This document shows, in pieces, positions 56,301 through 64,000 of a stretch of 64,000 nt of DNA. Location: assembly GCA_945948515.1 (NCBI GenBank), contig CAMFBH010000004.1:7308-71307 (forward strand), read 5' to 3'. The number at the start of each line of letters is the position of its first letter. The first letter of the stretch is position 1. The notes under the pieces are model-generated. The model was not told where the DNA came from. It did not search any database and saw nothing but the letters and a program-made list of their open reading frames with translations. Both the position numbers and the translations under genes were made by a program. The stretch is from an uncultured Clostridia bacterium (GTDB lineage Bacteria; Bacillota; Clostridia; Oscillospirales; Acutalibacteraceae).

Positions 56301-59300
56301 GTATTCAACAAGCGATGCTTTTGCATTGTTCATTGCATTAAGCAATTCATTTGCTTTTGCCTGGGTTGCAGTATTTGCCATAACCGCTTCGTTAGCATCT
56401 GAAATTGCCTGCTGAAGTGCAGCCATACTGCTCTTTGTGTATTTCTTTGTTACTTCATTATTTGTGTCATTAATGAACTGAGTGTATTCACTCGCCTTTG
56501 CGGCAAGGGGTGCAAAATCGGTTATAACATGAACCGTACAGCTGGCAGTGAAGCCACCGTCAAGAGTTTTAACGGTAATAACGGTATCGCCCGTGTTAAC
56601 CGGGGTAACATTGCCGCTTGAGTCAACTGTTGCAGCAGCCGGATTACTCGAGGACCATTTAACATCTTTATAGTTTGCACCGCTGGGACTAACCGTTGCG
56701 GTTAAAGCAAATGCAGAGGCCGTTGCCTTAACGGTTGTTTCGGTTTTGTCGAGGCTTACTCCTGTTACGGGCTTGGTTCCGACCATAACAGTTATTGTTC
56801 TTTGAGTAACTCTTCCGAAATCATCGGTTGCAGCTGCCGTTACGGTTGCAAGACCGTTAACAAGGGTTGAGCTCGGCTTGAGATAGATTGTATTTCCGGA
56901 TATTTCCGTGCTCATATGGCTTGATGAATCAACTGTCCATGTGAGAGTTCCGTTCATTGCATCGGACGGAGTATAAGAAGCTGTCAGCTTAACTCTTGAA
57001 TCGGAACGAACTGCCGATGAATAGCATTCAAGCGAGTGAGCATTTGTTGACTCGCTTACCGTTCCCGATGTTACATCGGTCCAGCCTTTAATTGCCTTGT
57101 TGTTCTGATCCGTATAAGAAACATCAACCGATGTGGCAAATATGAACGGATGCTCCTCAAGAGCGACTCCGGCGGCATTAAGGCTTTCGGTTGCGCTGTC
57201 TATCTGTGCCTGAGTCATTGATTTGTCGTTAAAAACTTCAATGGCCTTTTCATAGGCGTTCTTGAATGCAATAGCATACTGATACTCGTAATTTCTGTAA
57301 TCGGTATCCTTATATTTTTCAATAGCCGCGGTTAAAGCGTTTCTGTCGCCGTTTGTTGAAACAAGGCATTCTGCGGAATAACCGCCGTCATATGTTGTTA
57401 CACGAACTTTTGTTGCACCTGTGCTTACAAAGGTAACAAGACCGCTTTGGTCAACGGTTGCGATGCTTTCATCATCGCTGGTCCAATAAACATCCTGAAT
57501 GCTTGCCGCTCCGATATGCGGAGGAAGTGAAGCACCCGTTGGATCTATTGTGCAGGCAAGCTGATGAGTTGCTCCGATACTGCCTGCAACCTCGCTCTCG
57601 GATACTCTTACACCTGTTGCCGGATAATATGCATAGGATACATAAACATAATCTTCCCATATATCTCCGAAATGGTCGGTAACACGGCAGGTGATTTTTC
57701 CGTAGCAGGATTTATTCTGTGCAGGTGAAGCAACACCCGTATCGGATATTGCTATAACAGTCGGATCCTCGGAAATCCATTCAACACTCTGATAATTACA
57801 TTCCTCGGAGGGATACAGCCTTACATTCAAATCAAGCTTAGCATTCTTATAGCTGATACCCTCTTTGAGAAGACTGAGGTCAAACTGATAGAAATCCGAA
57901 GCTTGTTCGCCGTCAAGATAAATCTCTATCTTTTGAATCTTATTATATTTCTTAAGTCCTTCATAGGATTTAATGAGCTTATCAAGCTGTGCGTTAACTT
58001 CCTTCTGACCTGCCGTTCCCGCATCTACAAGTGCTTGGGATTCGGCGATTGTGTTCTGGAAATACTCCCAAGTGTCAGGGAAATAGTTTGTTTCGGAAAG
58101 ATTTAACGACCTGTATGTTGTAATTTGAGCCTGAAGTGCATCAAAATTTGTTACAACATTTACATTGCAGGTTGCACTGTATCCTCCGTCGGCGGTTGTT
58201 GCCGTGATTATACAGTTTCCGCCCTCAACGAAGGTTACAACTCCGCTGTCGTTAACAGTTGCAACGCTGTCGTCGCTCGAGGTCCAGTAAACCTTTTCTA
58301 CACTTCTTCCTATTCCGGGAGTTCCCTTAGGAAGAACCGTTGCGGTTATGGTTGATGTTTCTCCAACCTTTCCGCCAACTATATTGCTTGTATCAAGCTC
58401 AATTCCCGTAGTCTGAATTTTTGCAAAAGCAATATTAACGCTGTCCGTTACCGTGTTTCCTATATAATCCTCGGCAGTAACGGTTATAGTTGCATAACAT
58501 GCAGAATTTTCACTCGGCGTGCAAACTCCGTAGCGGTCAACCGTTACGGAAGAATTGCTTGAGCTCCATGCAATTCTTCTGTACATTGCATCTCGCGGTG
58601 ACAAAACGCTTCCCAAATCATAGCTCGTTTTGGTGTAATTTGTTGTGTCAACCTTAACGCTGATATAATCAGGAGCGACCTTTGAAGAGCTGTCGAGTAT
58701 TTTAACCTCCTTTAGAGGAATATATCCTCCGAGCCTGCAAAATGCGGCAAGAAGCTCATCTGCATATGTATCGCAAACTGTTTGCGATGCCATTTTTTCT
58801 TCAAGAATATAGTAGCAGTAGTCAAATTTCTTCTGCCAGTCACGGTAAAGCTCCTTATTCTCCGAAGTTCTGAGAATAACGGTATTTTCGCAAAGATAAA
58901 TAATTTCTTTAAGATATGTTTTATCGGGAAGAACAGTTACCTCAACGCTGTCGGAAACACCGGCATCCGTGCTGTAACAGGTTAATGTTGCAACACCAAC
59001 ATCATTTGCATGAATAACTGCATCGCTGTTATCGTTTCCTTTGTTTGAAACAGTAAATACTTCGTCATCCGAAGAGCTCCAAACAGCATCATAGCATGCA
59101 TAGGCTTTTCCGGTCCACGAGCCTTTGAAAGAGGGAGTGTGAGTTACATCAAAATCCTGTCCGTTAATTATTTCGATAGGCTTTTGGTCGATTACATTGC
59201 TTGTTACTCTGTTTCTTGTTACGCAAACAACGGCCTTTGCTTTAACTCTTCCGTCCTCCGAGGTTACGGTAACAACTGTTGACTGCGCCTGCTCGTGACC

Positions 59301-61439
59301 TGCTTTGATTTTGAAGGTGCAGGACCGTGTATCCGATGACGGATTTACCGAAAATGCGTTATTGTCACAGCTCCATTTAAGAGTTTTATTGGATGCGTTT
59401 TCAGGCTCAACGGTTGCACTTAAGGTTACGGATTGTGCATTATACGCCTGCTCTATTCCTATTTCCTTAGTAACAAAGCCGCCCTCGTTTATTGAAAGCC
59501 CTGTAACAGGCTGGCCGTTAGTTATTTCTTTTGTTGCAATAACATTTGAAATCTCATAGAATCTTTCGCTCGTTACCCAGTATCCTGTTTTAACTCTGAG
59601 GGCAACAGTTGACTTTCCGCCGTCCTCTGCGGTATAAAATCCCGATTTCGTTATTCTTCCTACTCCGTCCGTTGCCGTTCCGTCGTGGCTGATAACAGTT
59701 TCCTCGCCGGTTTCCTCATTAACAACGGTTTCCTCATACGGGTCGGTTGCCCACACATATTCATAATCTTCTTCACTTGTGCCGGCAGTAACAATTCCCC
59801 ATTCAATATAGAGATTATCCGCAGTGGCAACTCTATTCGGAAACACTTTATATGAGAGCTGAGTTTCGCTTCCTATATCGTAGTAATCGCTGTCAGAAAT
59901 AATTTCTGCATCTGAAAGGTATTTTCCTGTTTTTCCGGTAACTGTTATCGTTACTGTTTGGGAAATATTATTTGCCGCTGAGGTTGCTGTGATTTCACAG
60001 GTTTGCGAGCTAAGCTCTCCGAGCGAGCCGCCTGCATCACGGCCCGTAATGGTTCCCGTAATCGGGTCAACGCTTGCAATGTTGGGATCGCTTGAAACCC
60101 ATGTGATATCGCTTGTTATTGCAGCCTCCGGCTTAGCATCTTCAATACTGAGCTGAATCTGCGTTCCTTCTTTTACTGCCGTAGCTCCGCCGATTTTAAA
60201 ATCCGTAAGCGGAACGCCGTCAACAACAGTAAATGTTACGGTGTCGTTAGTTGTAAACTGAAGAATTATATTTGCAATTATCTTAACCGCTGTTGCCGTA
60301 AGCTGCACAGGATCCGCCGCATCTCCCGCAATATCCGCAACAGCAAAGCAAACATCAAGAAGCGCCGCAAGAGCGTTTCTGTTCATATCTAAGCCGAGCA
60401 CTTTAATAAGTATCTCGGCAACCTGGTCAGTGTTGATAACGCCCGTGTTCTCAAGCTCATACAGATAGTTTATGTATTTCAGCAGGTTATTGATAAAGCC
60501 CTCGGTATCGGGCGAGCAAACGATTGTTACCGTTCCCTTATTTTTAAACTTAACAAGTCCCGAATCATCAACGGTTGCAATAACCTTTCCGTTTGTGAAA
60601 ACGGAGCTGCTTTTAACTGAATATACAACACCCATATGAAGTCTTATGGGAGTTGTGCACGCATAAAGCTGAACCTGACTTCCGACAGCAACAGTGCTCG
60701 GAAGCGATTCCTTATTTGTTATGTGAGTTCCGTTGGGAATAAATTCCGCCCAAGGCTTTGTTGTTAAATCGGCACGCTGAACAGCAACATGAACAAGGTC
60801 GTCGTCAAGAACCTCTCCGTCGGCGTTATACATTGCGACATGGATATTTGAGTTGATATTGTCAAGCCTTTGCTTAAGCTTATCTATGAGAATACCCTTA
60901 TAGGAATCCGAAAGACCTGCAAGAATTGAATTGCTTCCGAACGCCTCCTCAACTAGGCTTATAATTCCGTCGGTATCCATTGTGTCAACATCAACATACT
61001 CGTTGAAGAATATTTTCTCGAATATTGGTGCCATAATCTTTCCGACAAGGGGAATGGTTGCAACATCGTTATCTATCCACTCACGGATAACCGCACCCTT
61101 TGAAGAGTCGTGGCCGCGAACCAAACCGTTTTGGTCAACACTTACAAGAGTCGGTGTTTCACTGTACCACTTAATGTATCCGTTGTTCGGCAAAGAGCAG
61201 TCAACAAACTCATATGTAAGCTGAATGCTGTCGCCCTCCTCAAGAAAGATATTGTACTGACCGCCGTCGTCCGCGGTGTCGGGAATAATATTACCGTCCG
61301 TAAAGAAAAGCTCAATATCGTAATAACCGATAACATCTCCTGCAAGCGCGGTAAGAGCCGGAATTACCGAGCTGAATACCATCAAAACTGCAAGCAATGA
61401 GCTTACTATCGCTTTACTGCGGCGTTTTTTAAGCTTCAT
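53391..61439 (-). CDS. Giant (2,682 aa) secreted Ig-like (Big_2-type) / FIVAR-like modular surface protein
   Basis: Uninterrupted 8,049-nt ORF. Signal peptide ending ALTALA|GD. Many Big_2-like cores (e.g. VYWTSSDDSVATVNDSGVVTFVEGG...ITATTADGG) interleaved with helical FIVAR-like segments (YTDESFSALQAALNEAKAVIDDENATQSAIDSAAANL). AGGAGG RBS. Confidence 0.9.
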   Translation of the reverse strand: MKLKKRRSKAIVSSLLAVLMVFSSVIPALTALAGDVIGYYDIELFFTDGNIIPDTADDGGQYNIFLEEGDSIQLTYEFVDCSLPNNGYIKWYSETPTLVSVDQNGLVRGHDSSKGAVIREWIDNDVATIPLVGKIMAPIFEKIFFNEYVDVDTMDTDGIISLVEEAFGSNSILAGLSDSYKGILIDKLKQRLDNINSNIHVAMYNADGEVLDDDLVHVAVQRADLTTKPWAEFIPNGTHITNKESLPSTVAVGSQVQLYACTTPIRLHMGVVYSVKSSSVFTNGKVIATVDDSGLVKFKNKGTVTIVCSPDTEGFINNLLKYINYLYELENTGVINTDQVAEILIKVLGLDMNRNALAALLDVCFAVADIAGDAADPVQLTATAVKIIANIILQFTTNDTVTFTVVDGVPLTDFKIGGATAVKEGTQIQLSIEDAKPEAAITSDITWVSSDPNIASVDPITGTITGRDAGGSLGELSSQTCEITATSAANNISQTVTITVTGKTGKYLSDAEIISDSDYYDIGSETQLSYKVFPNRVATADNLYIEWGIVTAGTSEEDYEYVWATDPYEETVVNEETGEETVISHDGTATDGVGRITKSGFYTAEDGGKSTVALRVKTGYWVTSERFYEISNVIATKEITNGQPVTGLSINEGGFVTKEIGIEQAYNAQSVTLSATVEPENASNKTLKWSCDNNAFSVNPSSDTRSCTFKIKAGHEQAQSTVVTVTSEDGRVKAKAVVCVTRNRVTSNVIDQKPIEIINGQDFDVTHTPSFKGSWTGKAYACYDAVWSSSDDEVFTVSNKGNDNSDAVIHANDVGVATLTCYSTDAGVSDSVEVTVLPDKTYLKEIIYLCENTVILRTSENKELYRDWQKKFDYCYYILEEKMASQTVCDTYADELLAAFCRLGGYIPLKEVKILDSSSKVAPDYISVKVDTTNYTKTSYDLGSVLSPRDAMYRRIAWSSSNSSVTVDRYGVCTPSENSACYATITVTAEDYIGNTVTDSVNIAFAKIQTTGIELDTSNIVGGKVGETSTITATVLPKGTPGIGRSVEKVYWTSSDDSVATVNDSGVVTFVEGGNCIITATTADGGYSATCNVNVVTNFDALQAQITTYRSLNLSETNYFPDTWEYFQNTIAESQALVDAGTAGQKEVNAQLDKLIKSYEGLKKYNKIQKIEIYLDGEQASDFYQFDLSLLKEGISYKNAKLDLNVRLYPSEECNYQSVEWISEDPTVIAISDTGVASPAQNKSCYGKITCRVTDHFGDIWEDYVYVSYAYYPATGVRVSESEVAGSIGATHQLACTIDPTGASLPPHIGAASIQDVYWTSDDESIATVDQSGLVTFVSTGATKVRVTTYDGGYSAECLVSTNGDRNALTAAIEKYKDTDYRNYEYQYAIAFKNAYEKAIEVFNDKSMTQAQIDSATESLNAAGVALEEHPFIFATSVDVSYTDQNNKAIKGWTDVTSGTVSESTNAHSLECYSSAVRSDSRVKLTASYTPSDAMNGTLTWTVDSSSHMSTEISGNTIYLKPSSTLVNGLATVTAAATDDFGRVTQRTITVMVGTKPVTGVSLDKTETTVKATASAFALTATVSPSGANYKDVKWSSSNPAAATVDSSGNVTPVNTGDTVITVKTLDGGFTASCTVHVITDFAPLAAKASEYTQFINDTNNEVTKKYTKSSMAALQQAISDANEAVMANTATQAKANELLNAMNNAKASLVEYTGPSDVQIYETEGTYSDFYRYYSGTSVLSKTIKLNAYIAPENADYSNLTWTSDSETITVDENGLVTNTTKDAGYAKITLSVTDGFGDAYTDSVYVSFVKNRVVTVSFADEVVSGNPGDTVTVTAKVKSNSNYISPNITDVFYTSSDESIATVDQSGLVTFVSTGAATITATSYDGGVSGTVIAHTLGDMTALNAAIDKYADIVYTDYAYEQGMAFKNAYESAVNIKTDYNAGQDDIDAATAALIEAGENLSGHPFVGVTSLSMSNNDQAFEESAKVVVAADSSVTLMPIVNEGAMVSSYQWQIANEKNITLSADGNNAVLVLTGTGGYADVTLTAVDDYSNETTFTCRIYLSTAFLESLTFEQDEYTVAHNAEPFTPVLVYNPSNAGIKDVVFSSSDESVASVDENGLVTVNDSGSTVITAVAADGGLTAQTTITVLCDKSALTEAYNSIIAENLSEDTYTDESFSALQAALNEAKAVIDDENATQSAIDSAAANLVSARNSLVEYTAITGFSITDENGNENTHFTFVGTGATSSISGKTIQLGVKTVPEGAPYTVTYNSSNKGVSVNGNGLCSNTTATTKCSAITVTVTGGKGESFTETCYVTFTRNPVVSASFNNTNVVYGAPGTTAVLTPSVLNERGTSADVCECIFSSEDESIAKVLNPTALQNSATIQFVSNGWATIHAVTADGGYEATIQVYTTNDTSALKEAIARAKAMNADDYLEPYYENMQAPLAAAEAVVADYEASQEVIDEAAANLVSAITDCENNRFTALTSIDISLNGTVLTDSYDISDLSEITLDAVFNDGAMLSSVEWSVSSAVGLSITPSGNSCAVTKSGTSPSGVVTVTATDLKGNTISKSVILKSGTIQITSFDFTYNNEVASGEITYSCGGVYTGKKVQLGVKAYPETADAYSSISWNSSNSKLPISADGVISTSGLMTSSSYTTTVKCTLTLEDGSTVSNTINVTFTRS
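53985..58720 (-). repeat. Six tandem, diverged coding supermodules (about 750-850 nt each) inside the giant gene
   Basis: Big_2 core motifs recur near 54340, 55100, 55850, 56620, 57460 and 58260. Module ends alternate ...HPF (modules 2 and 4) and ...LVEYT (modules 3 and 5), which implies a two-module unit of about 1.55 kb. DNA identity between copies is only about 70-85% over short stretches. Confidence 0.7.
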
Positions 61440-61497
61440 TTTATTTCCTCCTGTCGAAAATATATATTTTTAGTGATAATAATCTATATATATAAAC

Positions 61498-61527
61498 ATT
61501 ATATACCAAAATATTACAATCGGTCAA
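61498..61527 (-). promoter_or_regulatory. Promoter candidate for the giant gene
   Basis: On the minus strand: TTGACC (61527-22), 18-nt spacer, TATAAT (61503-61498). An alternative reading is TGgTATATA as an extended -10. Confidence 0.55.
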
Positions 61528-61624
61528 CACAAATTATACTGTGAATATAAACAAACTTTGCTTCCGCTTTTTGTGTATAAGCAACAAAAATCCGACACTT
61601 ATATCGTAAACAGTTGGAAAACAT

Positions 61625-61667
61625 CAAAAGAATAAGAAAAGCGAAGCATGTTCAACGCTCCGCTTTC
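61625..61667 (-). terminator. Terminator after the PAS gene, separating it from the giant gene
   Basis: On the minus strand: AAAGCGGAGC-loop-GCTTCGCTTT (one G-U pair) followed by TCTTATTCTTTT. Confidence 0.6.
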
Positions 61668-61676
61668 ACTGTTTAT

Positions 61677-62804
61677 TTATGCTGAAAAATAATTTTTGCT
61701 CTTTTTTGATTCGGTTATGTCACTAAGAGTTCCGAGCATGGTTTTCGAGCCGTCCTCCTGAAGAACAATTTTTCTTTTGTCTTCAATCAAAACATGCTTT
61801 GCTCCTTTAACCTTTATTGTGTAAACAAGGCAAATTCCGTTTGCCTCGGCACATTGCTTTGAAATTGAGGCTTCAACAAATTTTCGCTCTCTTTCGCTTA
61901 CCAAGGAAAGCAGATTTCCGTGCATTTTTTCAAAAAATTCTTTTCTTGAATAGCCGATAAAATCAATAAAATCATCGCTGACATAATCGCAAATCAGCGG
62001 TTTTTCGGCGCTCGCACAGAAGAAAGCTCCGGGCATGCTCTTGAACATTGCAACAAACTTATCGTTTGCTGCATCGGTTTCTTCCTCGCTGTTTTTTATT
62101 TCGTTAATATCGGTGAAAACAGCATGAAAAACAGGGTTATTTTCCTTGTCATAATACTGAATTGCTCCGTTGAATTTACACCATATGTATTCATCCTTAT
62201 GAGCTTTTACACGATACTCGGTATCAATGCTGCAATGGGTTGCCATTGCCTTTCCGATAGCCTGAAAAACAAGCGTTTTATCATCAGGATGAATAAGGTC
62301 ATCGAGCCGATATTCGGTTTTATCACGAAGCTTTAACGAAGCCTTTGTTGTTCCGAAAAGACGGCAGCACGCCTCATTAAGATAAAGCGCTTCTATATGC
62401 ATATCGGGAGTGACCTTAAATCTGCACACGCCGCTGTTTACAAGGTCAATCAAATGGTCGGTTTCCTTTGCTCTTCGCTTGAGCTCGCGTCTCTTTTTTT
62501 CACTGTTTGAAATATCTGCAAAGGTGAGCCTTATCAGCTCGCTGTTGTCCTCATTTTCGCCCATACAGTAAACCAAAACGCTCTCGCCCTTTGAATTGAG
62601 CATTTCGAATTCCGTGTAAATAAATCTCTGATTTTTTTTGCAGAACCGTTTGAAAACAGCCTCTCTGTCGCGCGGGTTGAGCGCATTAAGAAATGAGAAT
62701 TTTCCCTGCTTGATTTTTGACGGATGAACACCCACAAATTCAGAAAAATGGCTGTCCGAATCTATAACTGCCATGTTGTCGCCCTTGTCGGCAACACAGC
62801 TCAT
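61677..62804 (-). CDS. PAS-domain-only protein (about three PAS/PAC repeats, no output domain)
   Basis: Three segments of about 110 aa with PAS-like patterns (e.g. IHPDDKTLVFQAIGKAM...EYRVKAHKDEYIWCKFNG...FTDINE). Ends 10 aa after the last PAC-like segment. The start may instead be the ATG at 62774. Confidence 0.8.
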   Translation of the reverse strand: MSCVADKGDNMAVIDSDSHFSEFVGVHPSKIKQGKFSFLNALNPRDREAVFKRFCKKNQRFIYTEFEMLNSKGESVLVYCMGENEDNSELIRLTFADISNSEKKRRELKRRAKETDHLIDLVNSGVCRFKVTPDMHIEALYLNEACCRLFGTTKASLKLRDKTEYRLDDLIHPDDKTLVFQAIGKAMATHCSIDTEYRVKAHKDEYIWCKFNGAIQYYDKENNPVFHAVFTDINEIKNSEEETDAANDKFVAMFKSMPGAFFCASAEKPLICDYVSDDFIDFIGYSRKEFFEKMHGNLLSLVSERERKFVEASISKQCAEANGICLVYTIKVKGAKHVLIEDKRKIVLQEDGSKTMLGTLSDITESKKSKNYFSA

Positions 62805-62984
62805 AAAAGCAACATCATATGTTATATTTTCCGTTTCTCTCGCCTCCGTTCTCCGCTAAATACGGCACATTTTTGTTATCGCAAAAGGCAGTTAAAAATT
62901 TCTGCCGATTATTCACTATGTACATTATAGCATAAAAATAACATCATTTGATAATAAAAATTTAACAAACTTTATATTTTTTGA

Positions 62985-62997
62985 AAAATTCGGTTTT
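62985..62997. promoter_or_regulatory. PurBox-like motif upstream of purL (weak call)
   Basis: The reverse complement AAAACCGAATTTT matches 12 of 13 positions of the B. subtilis PurBox consensus AWWWCCGAACWWT as I recall it. It overlaps a weak -35 for a TGtTATTAT extended -10 at 63014-63022. No convincing second box. Confidence 0.25.
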
Positions 62998-63093
62998 CAA
63001 GCGGTAAAAAGTGTGTTATTATATACAATAATATTTGATTAAAAAGATGACCGGAGTTTTCCGCATTCACTCTTAAAACAAAGGAGAATAAAA

Positions 63094-64000
63094 ATGGCAA
63101 AGGTTTTCAGAATTTATGTTGAAAAGAAAAAGGGCGAAAACATTGAAGCGCTTCAGCTTCTTTCCGACCTTAAAAACAATGTCGGAATAACAGCTCTTGA
63201 GGATTTGCGGCTTATTAACAGATACGATGCTCAAGGCGTTACCGAGGAGCAATTTAATATTGCGGTTAAAGAAATCCTTTCCGAAACAAATCTTGATAAT
63301 GTTTATTCGGAGGTTTCCTTCCCCGACGGCTGGAAGCACTTCGTTACCGAATACCTTCCCGGTCAGTACGACCAAAGAGCAGACAGCGCTGCTCAGTGCA
63401 TTCAGCTTTTGACTGCCGGAGAAAGACCGATTGTTGCAAGCGCAAAGGTTATTGCGGTTAAGGGAAATATAAGTGAAGATGAATTCAATAAGGTTAAATC
63501 CTACATAATCAACCCCGTTGAAAGCCGCATTGCTTCATCGGAGATCCCAGAAACCCTCAATATGACCTCGCAAAGACCCGATGATATTATCAGAATAGAC
63601 GGCTTTATCAATATGAGCGACGAGGAAATTGCAGAATACCATGCTTCTATGGGATTTGCAATGAGCGTTGCCGACCTTTGCTGGGTTCGTGATTATTTCA
63701 AAAATGATGAAAGCAGAAATCCGAGCCTTACAGAGCTTAAGGTTATTGACACATATTGGAGCGACCACTGCCGTCACACCACATTTTCAACCGAGCTTGA
63801 CAGCATTCAAATTGAAAAGAGTGATTACAGCAAGGCGATTGAAAACGCATTAAACGATTATTTCAGCATCAGAAAAGAGGTTTACGGCGACAGAGATAAA
63901 ACCGTTTGCCTTATGGATATGGCATGCATTGGAACAAAGGTTCTCAAAAAAAGAGGCTTTGTTAACAACCTTGACGAGAGCGACGAAATCAACGCATGCT
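63094..64000 (+). CDS. purL: Phosphoribosylformylglycinamidine synthase (single-chain large PurL type); 3' end cut by window edge
   Basis: Not in the ORF track because no stop is reached. ATG at 63094 follows AAAGGAGA. My translation is MAKVFRIYVEKKKGENIEA...LKVIDTYWSDHCRHTTF (the conserved TYWSDHCRH motif). The frame is open to nt 64000. Confidence 0.92.
   Translation, partial: MAKVFRIYVEKKKGENIEALQLLSDLKNNVGITALEDLRLINRYDAQGVTEEQFNIAVKEILSETNLDNVYSEVSFPDGWKHFVTEYLPGQYDQRADSAAQCIQLLTAGERPIVASAKVIAVKGNISEDEFNKVKSYIINPVESRIASSEIPETLNMTSQRPDDIIRIDGFINMSDEEIAEYHASMGFAMSVADLCWVRDYFKNDESRNPSLTELKVIDTYWSDHCRHTTFSTELDSIQIEKSDYSKAIENALNDYFSIRKEVYGDRDKTVCLMDMACIGTKVLKKRGFVNNLDESDEINAC

Noticed and set aside
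53391-61439. Internal periodic repeats considered as a possible CRISPR array, satellite or phase-variable repeat tract
   Set aside because: The repeats are 750-850 nt protein-domain modules within one open frame. They have diverged (about 70-85% identity over short stretches), there is no short direct repeat/spacer structure, and there are no homopolymer or short tandem tracts. The many 60-100-aa ORFs listed on both strands inside this gene are frame artefacts.
61440-61625. Looked for a c-di-GMP (GEMM) riboswitch upstream of the giant surface-protein gene
   Set aside because: The leader after the candidate promoter is about 60 nt of AT-rich sequence. It has no GNRA-tetraloop/receptor helices and no conserved GEMM core that I can recognise.
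63073-63853. Several 60-100-aa ORFs on both strands at the right end of the window
   Set aside because: All overlap the open purL frame (conserved TYWSDHCRHTTF motif), which the ORF track missed only because it has no stop inside the window.

Overview
The window looks like chromosomal DNA from a low-GC anaerobic Firmicute, probably class Clostridia and Oscillospiraceae/Ruminococcaceae-like. That guess rests on gene content (rubrerythrin, mini-RNase III, QueH, a DUF1667 trio, dockerin-like loops), GGAGG-type ribosome-binding sites and AT-rich spacers. Coding density is high, at about 57 CDS, and most genes are housekeeping.

Contents in order:
- a 5'-truncated AgrC-like histidine kinase
- a polar amino-acid ABC transporter
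- an FAD oxidoreductase/DUF2804 pair, rubrerythrin and a Cof-type HAD hydrolase
- pstSCAB
- a BNR (sialidase-like) lipoprotein and a PucR/CdaR regulator
- a long minus-strand operon: FHA protein, RodA/FtsW, class B PBP, hflX, DUF4830, pseudouridine synthase
- galM, ybaK and glpP
- a maltodextrin-type locus: ABC transporter, malQ, glgP
- tRNA-Thr and tRNA-Tyr, then a GDPD phosphodiesterase and guaB
- a second long minus-strand operon: ftsE, ftsX, two coiled-coil M23 peptidases, queH, rarA, an aldo/keto reductase, nth, aroK
- mrnC, obg, a DUF3048 protein and corA
- a GlpA-like FAD oxidoreductase / FAD-NAD oxidoreductase / DUF1667 trio
- an LRR protein, an 8-kb gene for a 2,682-aa Ig-like/FIVAR surface protein and a PAS-only protein
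- the 5' part of purL

I found no CRISPR array, transposase, integrase, prophage or recognisable defence system. I also cannot point to a clear-cut new multi-gene system.

The loci most worth a second look are:
- the giant modular surface protein plus LRR operon, which has no recognisable anchor
- the FHA-SEDS-bPBP module
- ftsEX translationally coupled to two catalytically intact coiled-coil M23 hydrolases
- an orphan 207-aa protein plus a 59-aa micro-ORF abutting corA
- several leader RNA elements: a promoter-proximal terminator before the FAD oxidoreductase gene, a two-state GC-rich element in the pstS leader, and a weak terminator in the leader of the GlpA-like operon
- a 54-aa Rieske-domain relic

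All family names come from motif recognition by eye. No database search was run.
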